DNA from: Candidatus Methylomirabilis sp. | GTDB lineage: Bacteria > Methylomirabilota > Methylomirabilia > Methylomirabilales > 2-02-FULL-66-22 | Reading direction: 5' to 3' | DNA: 64,000 bases | NCBI GenBank assembly: GCA_035455275.1 | Contig: DATIFO010000085.1 | Span: 14,901-78,900 of the forward strand | Shown here: one piece after another, positions 34,446-43,906 of the stretch | Layout: each line of letters begins with the position of its first letter | Position numbering within the stretch: the stretch's first letter is position 1 | Made by a program: the position numbers and the translations under genes | Notes under the pieces: generated by a model | What the model saw: the letters and a program-made list of their open reading frames with translations, nothing else | Databases searched by the model: none | Told to the model about the DNA's origin: nothing

Positions 34446-35861
34446 ATGTCCGTTCCACTCAGCCTGAATCTCAGCGATCGGGAGATCGAGCGCGCGGGGG
34501 CGCTCCTGACGGACTTTCTCCGGAGCTACGAGCAGTCCATCCCGGCTCCCTCGGTGCTCCCGGCCTTGAATCGCGACGTGCTCTCGGACCTCTTCCTGGA
34601 GCCCTTCCCGGAGATCGGCATCGGGGTGGACCGGGTGTTTCGCGCCATCACCGAGAAGATCGTCCCCAACTCGACTGCCATTGCCCATCCCCGGTTCCTG
34701 GCCTATGTCCTGGGCCCGCCCAACGGCATCGCCCCCTTCGCTGACGCCATTGCCGCCGCGCTGAACCAGAACTGCAACTTCTGGCAGCTCTCGCCCGCCG
34801 CGAGTGTCATTGAGCGGAAAGTGATCGGATGGCTCGCGGGCCTGTTCGAGTATCCCAGCACCGCGGGAGGCCTTCTCACGAGTGGCGGGTCGATAGCCAC
34901 ACTGGTGGCCCTCGCGACCGCCATCCAGGCGAAGTACCCGGGCGATTTTCGGCGGAAGGGGCTTCAGGGAATCCAGGCGCCCCTGGTCGTCTATACCTCC
35001 GAGGAAGCCCACCGCTGCGTGGATAAGGATGCCGTGATCCTCGGAGTGGGACTCGAGAATGTGCGGAAGATTCCGGTAGATGCCGACTTTCGGATGCGGC
35101 TGGACGGCTTGGCCGCCGCGGTGCATGACGATCGGCTGGCGGGCAAGCAGCCCTGCTGCGTGGTGGCGGCCGCAGGGACCATCAATACCGGCGCCATCGA
35201 TCCGATCGACGCCCTGGCGGACTTCTGTGCCGCCGAGGACCTGTGGCTCCACGTGGACGGCGCCTTCGGCGCCCTGTTCGTCCTCAGCCCGCGCCTGCAC
35301 GCGCAGCTCCGCCCGTGTGGTCGGGCGGATTCGATCGCCCTGGACCCCCACAAGCTGCTGTTTGCCCCCCTGGAGGCTGGGTGTCTCCTCGTCCGGGATC
35401 GCGCCAGGCTCCGCCAGGCGTTTCAATTCAGCGCCGCCTACCTGACCGCCGCGTCCGATCCGCTCTTCACCAATTTCATGGACTACGGTCCCCAGCTCTC
35501 GCGAAGCTTCAAGGCCCTGAAGGTCTGGTGTGCGCTGCAGGCCTTCGGGGTCCGGGCCTTCGTCGCCGCGGTGGAGCACATGCTGGATCTGGCGCGATAC
35601 CTCGAAGACCGACTCCGGGCGGAGCCATCCTGGGAGCTCCTGGCTCCGGTCACGCTGAACGCCGTGTGCTTTCGCCTGCGCAACGCCGACGAGGCGCGCA
35701 GCCAGGAGATCCTGGCGCAATTGGTGGACGAGGGAACAGCCCTCCTGGGACCGGTGCGGATCGGGGATCGGTTCGGCCTGCGAGCCTGCATCACGAACTA
35801 TCGCACCCAACGGGAGGATATCGACCGCATCGTCGGTCGGCTGCGGGACCTCGGGTCCTGA
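34446..35861 (+). CDS. group II pyridoxal-phosphate-dependent amino-acid decarboxylase (aromatic/tyrosine decarboxylase-like)
   Basis: HPRFLAYV, TSGGSIATLVAL and the PLP lysine motif DPHKLLFAP. GGAGG SD before the ATG at 34446. Confidence 0.9.
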   Translation: MSVPLSLNLSDREIERAGALLTDFLRSYEQSIPAPSVLPALNRDVLSDLFLEPFPEIGIGVDRVFRAITEKIVPNSTAIAHPRFLAYVLGPPNGIAPFADAIAAALNQNCNFWQLSPAASVIERKVIGWLAGLFEYPSTAGGLLTSGGSIATLVALATAIQAKYPGDFRRKGLQGIQAPLVVYTSEEAHRCVDKDAVILGVGLENVRKIPVDADFRMRLDGLAAAVHDDRLAGKQPCCVVAAAGTINTGAIDPIDALADFCAAEDLWLHVDGAFGALFVLSPRLHAQLRPCGRADSIALDPHKLLFAPLEAGCLLVRDRARLRQAFQFSAAYLTAASDPLFTNFMDYGPQLSRSFKALKVWCALQAFGVRAFVAAVEHMLDLARYLEDRLRAEPSWELLAPVTLNAVCFRLRNADEARSQEILAQLVDEGTALLGPVRIGDRFGLRACITNYRTQREDIDRIVGRLRDLGS

Positions 35862-36061
35862 TGGGGAAGGCCGCGCTCGCCAGCGCCATGCGCGCCAGGA
35901 CCCGCTGATCCTTGCGCCCGACACCCGTTCAGGTATATAAGCACCACGGCGGCCCGTGCCTGTCAGAACGATATGCGTCCCATCGGGCCATGCGCCGCCC
36001 GGGGTACCCGCCATCGCCCTGTTTCCGTCCGTTGCCGAAACACCAAGGAGGAGAAAGCCCC

Positions 36062-36883
36062 ATGGGAGCGACCCCCGCTGGCATGCGGTCGGATCGACAG
36101 ACTCAACGCGGCCTGGGCTTGCCGGTTGCCGTTCCGCCGGAGATCATCCGCAGCGCGGCCATGGCCGCCCAGGACCGCGGCTATGACTCCTTCTGGCTGA
36201 ACAACCCGCCCCGATCTGACTCGCTTCGTGTGCTGGGCGGGATTGCCCAGGTCGCGACACGCATCTGGCTGGGGGTCGGCGTCATCCCGCTCTCGGATCA
36301 CCGGCCGGCTGACATCGTGCAGGCCGTGTCGCAGAATCGCCTGCCGGCGGACCGGTTATTCCTCGGTGTCGGAAGCGGTTCGGGGGCGGGGGCCGTGGAG
36401 CGCGTGCGGGGCGGCATCCGGGCCATCCGGGCCGGGCTGGCATGCCCTCTTGTGATCGCGGCGCTGGGACCCAGAATGTGCCGGTTGGCGGGGGAGGAGG
36501 CGGATGGCGTCCTGCTCAACTGGCTCACCCCCGAGTGGGCCCGGCGCTCCATCGGTTGGGTGAGGGATGGCGCGAACGGAGCGGGCAGGCCGATGCCGAG
36601 GACGATGGCGTACGTACGCGCGGCGCGCGGCCGCGAGGCCATGGCTCGTCTGCGGACCGAGGCGGCTTTCTACGAGGCGATCCCGCACTACCGCGCACAC
36701 TTCGAGCGGATGGGGACGCCGGCCATCGGGACCGCCGTCACCGGGGAGACGCCGGAAGACATCCAGCGCGGCCTGGCTGCCTGGGGCGGGGTCGTGGATG
36801 AGGCCGTCGTGCGGGCAGTCGTCGCGCGCGACACGGTCGAGGATTTCCTGGATCTTGTCGAGGCGGCCCGGCCGATGGCATGA
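36062..36883 (+). CDS. luciferase-like (LLM class) flavin/F420-dependent oxidoreductase
   Basis: YDSFWLNNPP...LGVGVIPL...LGVGSG and a TIM-barrel LLM pattern. AAGGAGGAG SD before the ATG at 36062; the upstream part of the ORF is discarded. Confidence 0.8.
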   Translation: MGATPAGMRSDRQTQRGLGLPVAVPPEIIRSAAMAAQDRGYDSFWLNNPPRSDSLRVLGGIAQVATRIWLGVGVIPLSDHRPADIVQAVSQNRLPADRLFLGVGSGSGAGAVERVRGGIRAIRAGLACPLVIAALGPRMCRLAGEEADGVLLNWLTPEWARRSIGWVRDGANGAGRPMPRTMAYVRAARGREAMARLRTEAAFYEAIPHYRAHFERMGTPAIGTAVTGETPEDIQRGLAAWGGVVDEAVVRAVVARDTVEDFLDLVEAARPMA

Positions 36884-36910
36884 CACCGAACCCCTGAGAA
36901 AGGACAGCGC

Positions 36911-37954
36911 ATGCCGAGTGTACACGCTTCGCTCTTGACGCGCATCTGCCACGACATCCTCCTCACGGTGGGTGCCAGCGAGGAAGAGGCGAGCACGGTT
37001 GCCAGGCATCAGATCGGGGCGAACCTTGCGGGCCATGACTCCCATGGCATCATCCTGCTCTCCACCTATGTCGACCGCATCCGGAAAGGCCACATCGTCC
37101 CCGGCGCCAGATTCGAGGTCGTGCACGAGACGCCGACCACGGCCCGCATCAGCGGCAACTGGGGCTTCGGACAGGTTGTCCAGACCCGGGCCACCCGGCT
37201 GGCCATCGAAAAGGCCCGGAATAGCATGGTCGCGGCGGTGACCGTGGCCTACCAGAGCCACGTGGGCCGGCTGGCCGACTACCCGCTGATGGCGGCAGAA
37301 GCGGGGATGATCGGCATGCTCGTGTGTGATTCGGGTCGTGGTCCGAAGTATGTGGCGCCCTTTGGGGGCCGGGACGCGCGGCTCGGGACGAACCCCATCT
37401 CCATGGCGCTGCCCAGCAACCTGGAGGCCCCCATCTTCGTGGACATGGCGACGAGCCAGGTGGCGGGAGGCAAGATCCTGGTGTACCGCAATCGGCGGAA
37501 GCCGGTCCCTCTGGGCTGGCTTCTGGACAAGAACGGGAATCCGACCACCGACCCCAACGACTACTTCGCCGGCGGGGCCTTGCTGCCGCTGGGCGGACTC
37601 GACGCCGGACACAAAGGCTACGGCTTGAGCACGATGGTGGACGTCTTCGCCGGCATCCTGACGGGCCTGGGCTGGGGGATCGACCCGGCCGGCAAACACA
37701 ACGACGGCTCGTTGTTCATCGCCATCAACGTGGAGGCGTTTCGCCCGCTGGAGGAGTTCAGGGCGGAGGTATCGGAGTTCGCCCGGTTCCTGAAGGCCAG
37801 CCCTCCTGCCCAAGGGTTCAAGGAAGTCCTGTACCCAGGCGAGATCGAGTGGCTGACGACGCAGGAGCGGCTGCGCACAGGCATCCCCGTCGAGGACGAT
37901 ACCTGGACCGAGATACAAGAGCTGGCAGCCTCCGCGGGCGTGTCGACGGAGTAG
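36911..37954 (+). CDS. Ldh_2 family (malate/L-lactate/sulfolactate dehydrogenase type 2) oxidoreductase
   Basis: GHDSHGIILLSTYVDRIRKG, GNWGFGQVV, GTNPISMALP and HKGYGLS are Ldh_2 hallmarks. Confidence 0.9.
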   Translation: MPSVHASLLTRICHDILLTVGASEEEASTVARHQIGANLAGHDSHGIILLSTYVDRIRKGHIVPGARFEVVHETPTTARISGNWGFGQVVQTRATRLAIEKARNSMVAAVTVAYQSHVGRLADYPLMAAEAGMIGMLVCDSGRGPKYVAPFGGRDARLGTNPISMALPSNLEAPIFVDMATSQVAGGKILVYRNRRKPVPLGWLLDKNGNPTTDPNDYFAGGALLPLGGLDAGHKGYGLSTMVDVFAGILTGLGWGIDPAGKHNDGSLFIAINVEAFRPLEEFRAEVSEFARFLKASPPAQGFKEVLYPGEIEWLTTQERLRTGIPVEDDTWTEIQELAASAGVSTE

Positions 37955-37970
37955 GCCCCGAGTTCAGTCC

Positions 37971-38152
37971 CTAGGAGGATGCTGAAAAACCCGTCTTCGC
38001 CCAGGCTGCTCAAAAAGGTCCAGATGCAAGGCGGCGCGCCGGGTACCCATCCCCCGGGATGGGTGCAGGTGCGAGGCGTACTTAGACCGTACGCCGCAGC
38101 CCCGCGCGAGTGCGCCAACGCCGCAGATGGGCCTTTTTCAGCAGCCTGCTAG
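37971..38152. mobile_element. MITE/REP-like structured element with imperfect terminal inverted repeats
   Basis: The ends CTAGGAGGATGCTGAAAAAC (37971-90) and the reverse complement of 38133-52 (CTAGCAGGCTGCTGAAAAAG) match at 17 of 20 positions. A third copy of the motif at 38002-38020 pairs over about 40 nt with 38105-38148. Internal hairpins: ACCCATCC/GGATGGGT (38045-64) and GGCGTAC/GTACGCC (38075-95). No ORF. It fills the convergent gap between two genes. Confidence 0.4.
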
Positions 38153-40092
38153 ATCTGCCGCCCCAGCATGGCGCCGTCCAGCAGGGCCTGCATGATCCGC
38201 CCGGGGCTCTGGGCATCCCCGATGACATGTACCTGGACGCGGTCGACATCCAGTTGCGTCAATAGCTCGCGGTCCGGCCTCACCCCCACGGCGACCACCA
38301 CCGAATCGGCCGGGGCCAGCTCCCGCTCTCCCAGACGACTCAGCATGACCCCTCGTGCGGTAACAGCCTCCGCCTTGGTCTCCACCAGGATCAGGACGCC
38401 TCGCTCTCCGAGTTCCTGGGTCAGGGTCCGCTGCTCGACGACGTTGCCGTCGGCCAGGATCCGGTCCAGCATCTCGACGAGAAAGACCTCGTGATTCCTC
38501 CGCAGCAGGTACTCTGCCGAGGCGACGCCCGTGAGCCCGCCGCCGATGATCGCCACCCGACGGCCCAGGCGGTCGTCGATTTCCCCTTCCAGCAGTTGGT
38601 GGGCGGTGAAGACGTGAGGCAAGCCGGCGCCGGGGATACTCGGCACCACCGGCGTGGCACCGCTGGCAACGACCACGACCTCCGCCCGCAGGTCCTCTAC
38701 CAGCTTCAGGCTGGCCTCGGTGTGTGTGCGTACCTCCACGCCGGCTCGCTCGACCTCGTGCGCCAGGTGCTGGGCCAGCCGCTCCATCTCCACCGCGTGC
38801 GGTGCAGCCGCCGCAAAGAGGAGCTGGCCGCCCAGCCGGCGGCGCCGTTCCAGGAGGGCAACCCGATGCCCTCGACCGGCCGCGACACGGGCGGCCTCCA
38901 TGCCGGCCGGGCCTCCCCCCACCACGAGGACACGGCGGGGCACCTCGGCGGCGACGAGGCGCATCTCCGCCTCCCGGCCGGCCTCGGGATTCACCGTGCA
39001 CTGCATATCCTGCCCATGCCCGATCCGATCGGCGCATACCCCGCAGGAGATGCACTCCCGGATCTCCTCCAGCCGCCCCTCCCGGGCCTTCTTCGGCAGG
39101 TGGGGATCGGCGATCAGCGCCCGCCCCATCCAGATCAAGTCCGCCTTGCCCTCCGCCAGGATCTGCTCGGCCATGGCCGGGCGCTTGATGCGTCCCACGG
39201 TGCTGACGGCGATTCCCACCCGCGCCTTGACCCGGGCCGCGTTGTCCACGTTGAAGCCTTCCGGGACGGTGCGGGGGGGAATGGTCCACTCCGCCTCCTC
39301 GTGCGTGCCCGAGCTGACGTTTATCTCGGTCACCCCGGCCTCCTCCAGCCAGTGAGCGACCCGGCAGACGAAGTCCAACCCGTACCCGCCGTCCTGATGC
39401 TCCTCCGCGGTTACCCGCACCGCCAGGGGCGTCTGCGGCCCCATGACCTCTCGGATCTTCCGCACCACCTCCAGCAGGAGGCGGGCCCGCCCCTCCTCGC
39501 TGCCGCCGTAGCGATCGGTCCGCTTGTTGGAGCGAGGCGAGAGGAATGTGTGGAGCAGGTAGCCATTGGAGGCGTGGAGCAGGATGCCGTCGAACCCCGC
39601 CAGCAGCGCGCGTCGAGCGGCCTTCCCGTGCAGCTCGACGAGCTGCTCGATCTCCGGGATCGTGAGCGCCCGGGGGATGGTGCCGACATACAGGTGCCCC
39701 TTGGTCAGGAGCGGCACGGCCGAAGGTCCCACGGGGTACTGGCCGATGGCGCCGGCCCGGGCGTTGCGGCCCGCGTGGAGCAACTGAACGAAGATGGGGA
39801 TGTTCTCCCGATGGACCGCTTCCACCAGCTTCCGGTGCTGCGACACCATGTGATCGGCGTACAGACCCAGGCGGTGCCGTTCACTCCGGCCTTCCGGGCT
39901 GATGTAGTTCGACTCCGTGATGATGAGCCCGACTCCCCCCCGGGCTCGCTCCACGTAGTAGTCGATCTGCCGCGGCTGCAGCTCTCCCTTCTCCGTCGAG
40001 TAGTTGAGGGCCATGGGGGCCATCACCAGACGGTTCTTGAGTGTGATACCGCCCAGCCTGAACGGGGAGAAGAGGTGCGGGAAGGACGACAT
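38149..40092 (-). CDS. OYE-family NADH:flavin oxidoreductase fused to an FAD/NAD(P) domain (2,4-dienoyl-CoA reductase-like)
   Basis: N-terminal OYE TIM barrel (LKNRLVMAPM..., HAGR, GFDGILLHASNGYLLHTFLSP), an Fe-S Cys motif (CISCGVC) and a C-terminal GGGPAG Rossmann domain. Confidence 0.9.
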   Translation of the reverse strand: MSSFPHLFSPFRLGGITLKNRLVMAPMALNYSTEKGELQPRQIDYYVERARGGVGLIITESNYISPEGRSERHRLGLYADHMVSQHRKLVEAVHRENIPIFVQLLHAGRNARAGAIGQYPVGPSAVPLLTKGHLYVGTIPRALTIPEIEQLVELHGKAARRALLAGFDGILLHASNGYLLHTFLSPRSNKRTDRYGGSEEGRARLLLEVVRKIREVMGPQTPLAVRVTAEEHQDGGYGLDFVCRVAHWLEEAGVTEINVSSGTHEEAEWTIPPRTVPEGFNVDNAARVKARVGIAVSTVGRIKRPAMAEQILAEGKADLIWMGRALIADPHLPKKAREGRLEEIRECISCGVCADRIGHGQDMQCTVNPEAGREAEMRLVAAEVPRRVLVVGGGPAGMEAARVAAGRGHRVALLERRRRLGGQLLFAAAAPHAVEMERLAQHLAHEVERAGVEVRTHTEASLKLVEDLRAEVVVVASGATPVVPSIPGAGLPHVFTAHQLLEGEIDDRLGRRVAIIGGGLTGVASAEYLLRRNHEVFLVEMLDRILADGNVVEQRTLTQELGERGVLILVETKAEAVTARGVMLSRLGERELAPADSVVVAVGVRPDRELLTQLDVDRVQVHVIGDAQSPGRIMQALLDGAMLGRQI

Positions 40093-40131
40093 GGGTGCTG
40101 ACTCTCCTTCCGAGCGGGACGCGTTTGCGGC

Positions 40132-41031
40132 TCAGGCAGAGTCCACGGCCGGTCGGATGGTGTCCGTCACCAGCGCCAGGATCTCCAGCATCCGGACGGG
40201 ATCCTCGCGGCGGAACACGAGCAGGAGGTGATGGACGCCGAGTCGCTTGACCTCGCACAGGCGGTCGATGACCGCCTGGGGTCCCTGGGCCAAGAGGTCG
40301 TCGTTCAGCGTGAACCGGAGCGAGATCGTGATGGTCTCGAAGGGGCGTCCGGCCGCTTCCGCCACCGCCCGCAGGCGGGCGAGCCCGTCCCGAAGCTCGG
40401 CCGGACTCCCGGAATCCGCGTGCCAGCCGTCCCCCAGCGTCACAACCCGCCGGAACGCCCCCGCGCTGGCACCCCCCACCCAGATCGGCGGATGGGGCTT
40501 CTGCACGGGCTTCGGCGCGAAGCCGATGTCCCGGAAGCGGAAGAACTCGCCTTCAAAGGCGGGGTTCGGCGCGGTCCACAATTCCTTGAAGATGCACAGG
40601 ATCTCATCGGCCTGCCGTCCGCGGGCGTGGAAGGGGACGCCGAGGATGTCCAACTCCTGCCTCCACCATCCCACGCCGACCCCGCAGATCAGCCGTCCCC
40701 CGGAAACGGCATCCAGGCTGGAGAGCACCTTGGCCATGACTACGGGGTGCCGATGCCCAAGGATGAACACCGACGCACCCAGCCGCGGTCGAGTCGTGCA
40801 GGCTGCGACTGCGGCAAGGGCGACGACGGGCTCCAGGTACGGGGTGTCCGGTGGGAGGGGGAATGGGCCCCCGCCGCTGGGATAGCCCTCCGATACCCGT
40901 GGGAGGACGATGTGATCCCCCACCCAGAGCGATGCGATGTTGCGGCGCTCCGCCTCACGCGCGAAGGTGAGCAGGGCCTCGCGCGTGGCCTCGGGGGCCT
41001 GCATCATGGGGAGATGGCAGCCGATCTCCAT
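40132..41031 (-). CDS. LLM class F420-dependent oxidoreductase (TIGR03619-like)
   Basis: MEIGCHLP..., SLWVGDHIVLP, RLICGVGVGWW and PIWVGG. GGAGGA SD before the ATG at 41031. Confidence 0.85.
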   Translation of the reverse strand: MEIGCHLPMMQAPEATREALLTFAREAERRNIASLWVGDHIVLPRVSEGYPSGGGPFPLPPDTPYLEPVVALAAVAACTTRPRLGASVFILGHRHPVVMAKVLSSLDAVSGGRLICGVGVGWWRQELDILGVPFHARGRQADEILCIFKELWTAPNPAFEGEFFRFRDIGFAPKPVQKPHPPIWVGGASAGAFRRVVTLGDGWHADSGSPAELRDGLARLRAVAEAAGRPFETITISLRFTLNDDLLAQGPQAVIDRLCEVKRLGVHHLLLVFRREDPVRMLEILALVTDTIRPAVDSA

Positions 41032-41099
41032 GGGTCGATTCCTCCGTGCCGGGCGGTCCGCCTCCGGCACTGAGGGCCGGTGCTCCCTGCGGTGGAGGC

Positions 41100-42170
41100 T
41101 CAGCCAGCGTCCATCCCCTCGGCTGAAAGCCGCCCCACGCCATGACGCTCGCCGAGGCGGCTGAGGGTTTCCATCACCTCGACGGCCAATGGAATACCCT
41201 CCTCTCGACGTCTGGCCTCAAGGTTGAATTCGATCTCGCCCGGCAAATACACGGGCATGCCGTCGGCGGAAGGCAAGGCCTTGATTCCTTGGATGACGCT
41301 GTCGACGCTGTGTGAAAACGTGTGGGGTTCGATGAATCTCGCGACATTGATGGCAATGAACATGTGACCTGTTCTGGATCGCCCGGAGGTGTCGGTGATG
41401 TTCTTGACCTCGCCCGTCAATGCCGTACCGGTCAATGCCCCGCAGAGCAGGTCAATGACGAGCGACAGCCCCGCGCCTTTCGGCCCCCCGATCGGAGTCA
41501 GGCTGCCCTTCAGTGCCTCGAGGGGATTGTCCGTGGGCTTCCCGTCAGCATCCACGGCCCACCCCAGCGGGATCTTCTCGCCCGGCCGGGCTGCCGCCAG
41601 CCGGATCTTCCCGCGCGCCACCACCGAGGTAGACATATCCAGCACGATGGGCCGTTGCGAGCCGGCGGGTATGGCCACGGCCAGGGGATTCGTGCCCAGG
41701 AGCCGCTTCCTGGCGTTGTACGGGGTCATGGCAGGCGACGCATTGGTGAGGACGACGCCGATCATTTTCGCCGCCACCGCACGCATGGCATAGAACGCCG
41801 CAACGCCGAAGTGATTCGAGTTCTTCACCGCGACGATCCCTGCCCCGGAGTCTCCGGCTTTCTGGATCGCGATGTCCATCGCCTTCGCGCCGGCAACTTG
41901 TCCGAAGCCGTTACACGCGTCGAGCAATGCCGAGGCGGGATTGTCCCTCACCAGCGCCATCTCGGGATCGACCTCCATCACCCCGGCCTGGACCCGATCC
42001 AGATACGCAGACAGGCGGACCACCCCGTGAGAGCCGACGCCTCGGAGATCGGCGAACACGAGGGAGTCCGTCACCAGGGCGGCGTGAGTCTGGCGCAAGC
42101 CGACCTTGGTCAGCACCCCCTCACAATGCCCTCGCAGCTTCTCCGCCGACACCACGACCTTCTCGGCCAC
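41100..42170 (-). CDS. Ldh_2 family 2-hydroxyacid dehydrogenase (second paralog; ComC/sulfolactate-dehydrogenase family)
   Basis: GVGSHGVVRLSAYLDRVQAG, CNGFGQVA, GTNPLAVAIP and PKGAGLSL. Confidence 0.9.
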   Translation of the reverse strand: MAEKVVVSAEKLRGHCEGVLTKVGLRQTHAALVTDSLVFADLRGVGSHGVVRLSAYLDRVQAGVMEVDPEMALVRDNPASALLDACNGFGQVAGAKAMDIAIQKAGDSGAGIVAVKNSNHFGVAAFYAMRAVAAKMIGVVLTNASPAMTPYNARKRLLGTNPLAVAIPAGSQRPIVLDMSTSVVARGKIRLAAARPGEKIPLGWAVDADGKPTDNPLEALKGSLTPIGGPKGAGLSLVIDLLCGALTGTALTGEVKNITDTSGRSRTGHMFIAINVARFIEPHTFSHSVDSVIQGIKALPSADGMPVYLPGEIEFNLEARRREEGIPLAVEVMETLSRLGERHGVGRLSAEGMDAG

Positions 42171-42265
42171 AACTCACCTCCTGGCAACGGTCCCCGCTGA
42201 TGGAGATTGCCTTCCCGCGGACCCGGCCGGTGAGGGGTACGGCCCTTCTCCCGCCTCGAGGCCGC

Positions 42266-42838
42266 TCAGCGCGGCTTCTCGATGGCGCGCACGAAGCGGT
42301 ACTTGAAGAAGAGCGGGTCCCGCGGGGGGCGGGCCGTGGCCTTCTCCGGCAGCACCTTGGCGGCGATGAACCAGGGGCCGGGTTCGGCCAGCGCCCGGTC
42401 CACGGCGGCGGAGAATCCCGCCTCGTCCTCGACGGCGATCGCCTGGCGCACCCCTGCTGCCCTGGCGATGCCGGCGAGGTCGGTCCCGGCCGAGGTGTGG
42501 GTCGGCTGCCGGCCGGTCGTCTCGTAGACCTCGTCGTCCCAGACGATGTGGACCAGGTTCCGCGGTGCCTTGCGGGCGATGGTCGCCAGGGAGCCGAGGT
42601 TCATCAGGATCGAGCCATCCCCATCCAGGACGATCACCCGCAGGTCGGGCCGCGCCAGCGCCAGGCCCAGGCCCATGGAGGAGATCATGCCCATCGAGCC
42701 CCACGAGTACAGATTGCGATCTCGATCTCCCGCCCCGTACAGATCGTAGGTCGGGCCGCCGATGCCGCCAAGGAGCACCTGATCCGTCACCTTGCCGCAC
42801 AGGAGCTTGGTGGCCTGCGCCCGTGTGAGTCTATTCAT
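42266..42838 (-). CDS. TPP-dependent decarboxylase beta subunit (sulfopyruvate decarboxylase ComE-like; PP-binding domain)
   Basis: TPP motif LDGDGSILMNLGSLATI in a protein of about 190 aa, and an 8-nt overlap with the alpha subunit gene. Confidence 0.8.
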   Translation of the reverse strand: MNRLTRAQATKLLCGKVTDQVLLGGIGGPTYDLYGAGDRDRNLYSWGSMGMISSMGLGLALARPDLRVIVLDGDGSILMNLGSLATIARKAPRNLVHIVWDDEVYETTGRQPTHTSAGTDLAGIARAAGVRQAIAVEDEAGFSAAVDRALAEPGPWFIAAKVLPEKATARPPRDPLFFKYRFVRAIEKPR

Positions 42839-43349
42839 CTTTCCCTCCGGTGAGCTGTCGCGACAGGAGGATCCCGAGGGGCGTCCGCGTGCTATAGGCC
42901 AGCTTGATCCCGTCCGCGACGAGGCTCTCGACCTCCTCGGGACGCGTCGGGGTCACGTGGGGGATGCCCAGGGCCTCCAGGATCGGCCGGGTGGCCCGGC
43001 CCATGCCGGTCTGGCTCACGTTGAACTCCCCCAGCTCCCCCCGCTGGCTCAGGAACATCAGGAACGGAATCTGCCACGGCACCGCCAGGGAGGCCAGGGC
43101 GTTCACGCAGTTCCCCAGGCCGCTGTTCTGTGCGAGCATGGCCCCCCGCCGCCCGCCCAGGTAGGCGCCGGTGAGAATCCCCACGCACTCCTCTTCCCGG
43201 GCGACGGGCACCATCTCGAAGGAGGGGTCCTTCTCCAGGAGCCCGAGCACCCGGTAGACGATCGAGTCCGGCAAGTAGGCGATCAGCTTCACCTCGTGGC
43301 GTTTGAGGGTCGCCACGATGCTCTCGGCCCACAGCATCCCATCCTCCAT
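42831..43349 (-). CDS. TPP-dependent decarboxylase alpha subunit (ComD-like; pyrimidine-binding domain)
   Basis: VAREEECVGILTGAYLGGRRGAMLAQNSGLGNCVNALASL in a protein of about 172 aa. The split two-gene architecture is typical of ComDE. Confidence 0.8.
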   Translation of the reverse strand: MEDGMLWAESIVATLKRHEVKLIAYLPDSIVYRVLGLLEKDPSFEMVPVAREEECVGILTGAYLGGRRGAMLAQNSGLGNCVNALASLAVPWQIPFLMFLSQRGELGEFNVSQTGMGRATRPILEALGIPHVTPTRPEEVESLVADGIKLAYSTRTPLGILLSRQLTGGKDE

Positions 43350-43423
43350 TCTGTCGGCCCCGGGCGGACCCCTCGCACCCGAGAGCGGCCTCGCCTTGGC
43401 CGACCGATCGCGTGACGAAGCGG

Positions 43424-43906
43424 TTAGGCCAGGGTCTTCCTGATGTGCTGGATCAGACCGCCCGCCGCTATCATCTCCCGGATGAAGGGGGGCAGGGGGG
43501 CAGCGGCAAAGACCATTCCCCTGGATCGATTCACGATCTCTCCCCGTGCCAGGTCAACCTCGAGCGTATCCCCGTCGGCGGTCGCCCGCACGGCCTCCTC
43601 ACACTCCAGCAGCGGCAGGCCAATATTGATCGCATTCCGATAGAAAATCCTCGCGAATGAAGCGGCGAGGACAACCCCGACGCGGGACGCCTTGAGGGCC
43701 ATCGGGGCGTGCTCGCGGGAGCTCCCACAGCCAAAGTTCTTCCCCGCCACCAAGACATCACCGGGGCGGGCCCTCGTCCTGAAGCTCGGGTCGATGCCTT
43801 CCATGGCATGGAGGGCCAAGGTCGCGGAATCGCTAATATTGAGATACTGACCGGGCAGGATGACATCCGTATTGACATTATCTCCGTACTTGAGGGCAGT
43901 ACTCAT
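43424..43906 (-). CDS. aconitase-family hydro-lyase small subunit, short archaeal type (LeuD/HacB/DmdB-like)
   Basis: 160 aa; GDNVNTDVILPGQYL and GKNFGCGSSREHAP. Overlaps the large-subunit gene by 4 nt. Confidence 0.9.
   Translation of the reverse strand: MSTALKYGDNVNTDVILPGQYLNISDSATLALHAMEGIDPSFRTRARPGDVLVAGKNFGCGSSREHAPMALKASRVGVVLAASFARIFYRNAINIGLPLLECEEAVRATADGDTLEVDLARGEIVNRSRGMVFAAAPLPPFIREMIAAGGLIQHIRKTLA

Noticed and set aside
36062-42170. The LLM plus Ldh_2 pairs as a recent inverted duplication flanking the MITE-like element.
   Set aside because: Gene order differs (LLM then Ldh_2 on plus; Ldh_2 then LLM on minus). The protein sequences are only distantly similar, so these are old paralogs rather than a duplication mediated by the element.
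42266-43349. The ComDE-like pair plus the ICL/PEPM-family gene (56001-56864) as a phosphonate (PEP mutase plus phosphonopyruvate decarboxylase) biosynthetic cluster.
   Set aside because: The ICL/PEPM protein closely resembles PA4872-type oxaloacetate decarboxylase rather than PEP mutase. It lies about 13 kb away on the opposite strand in a different operon. The split two-subunit decarboxylase is the ComDE type rather than the fused Ppd type.
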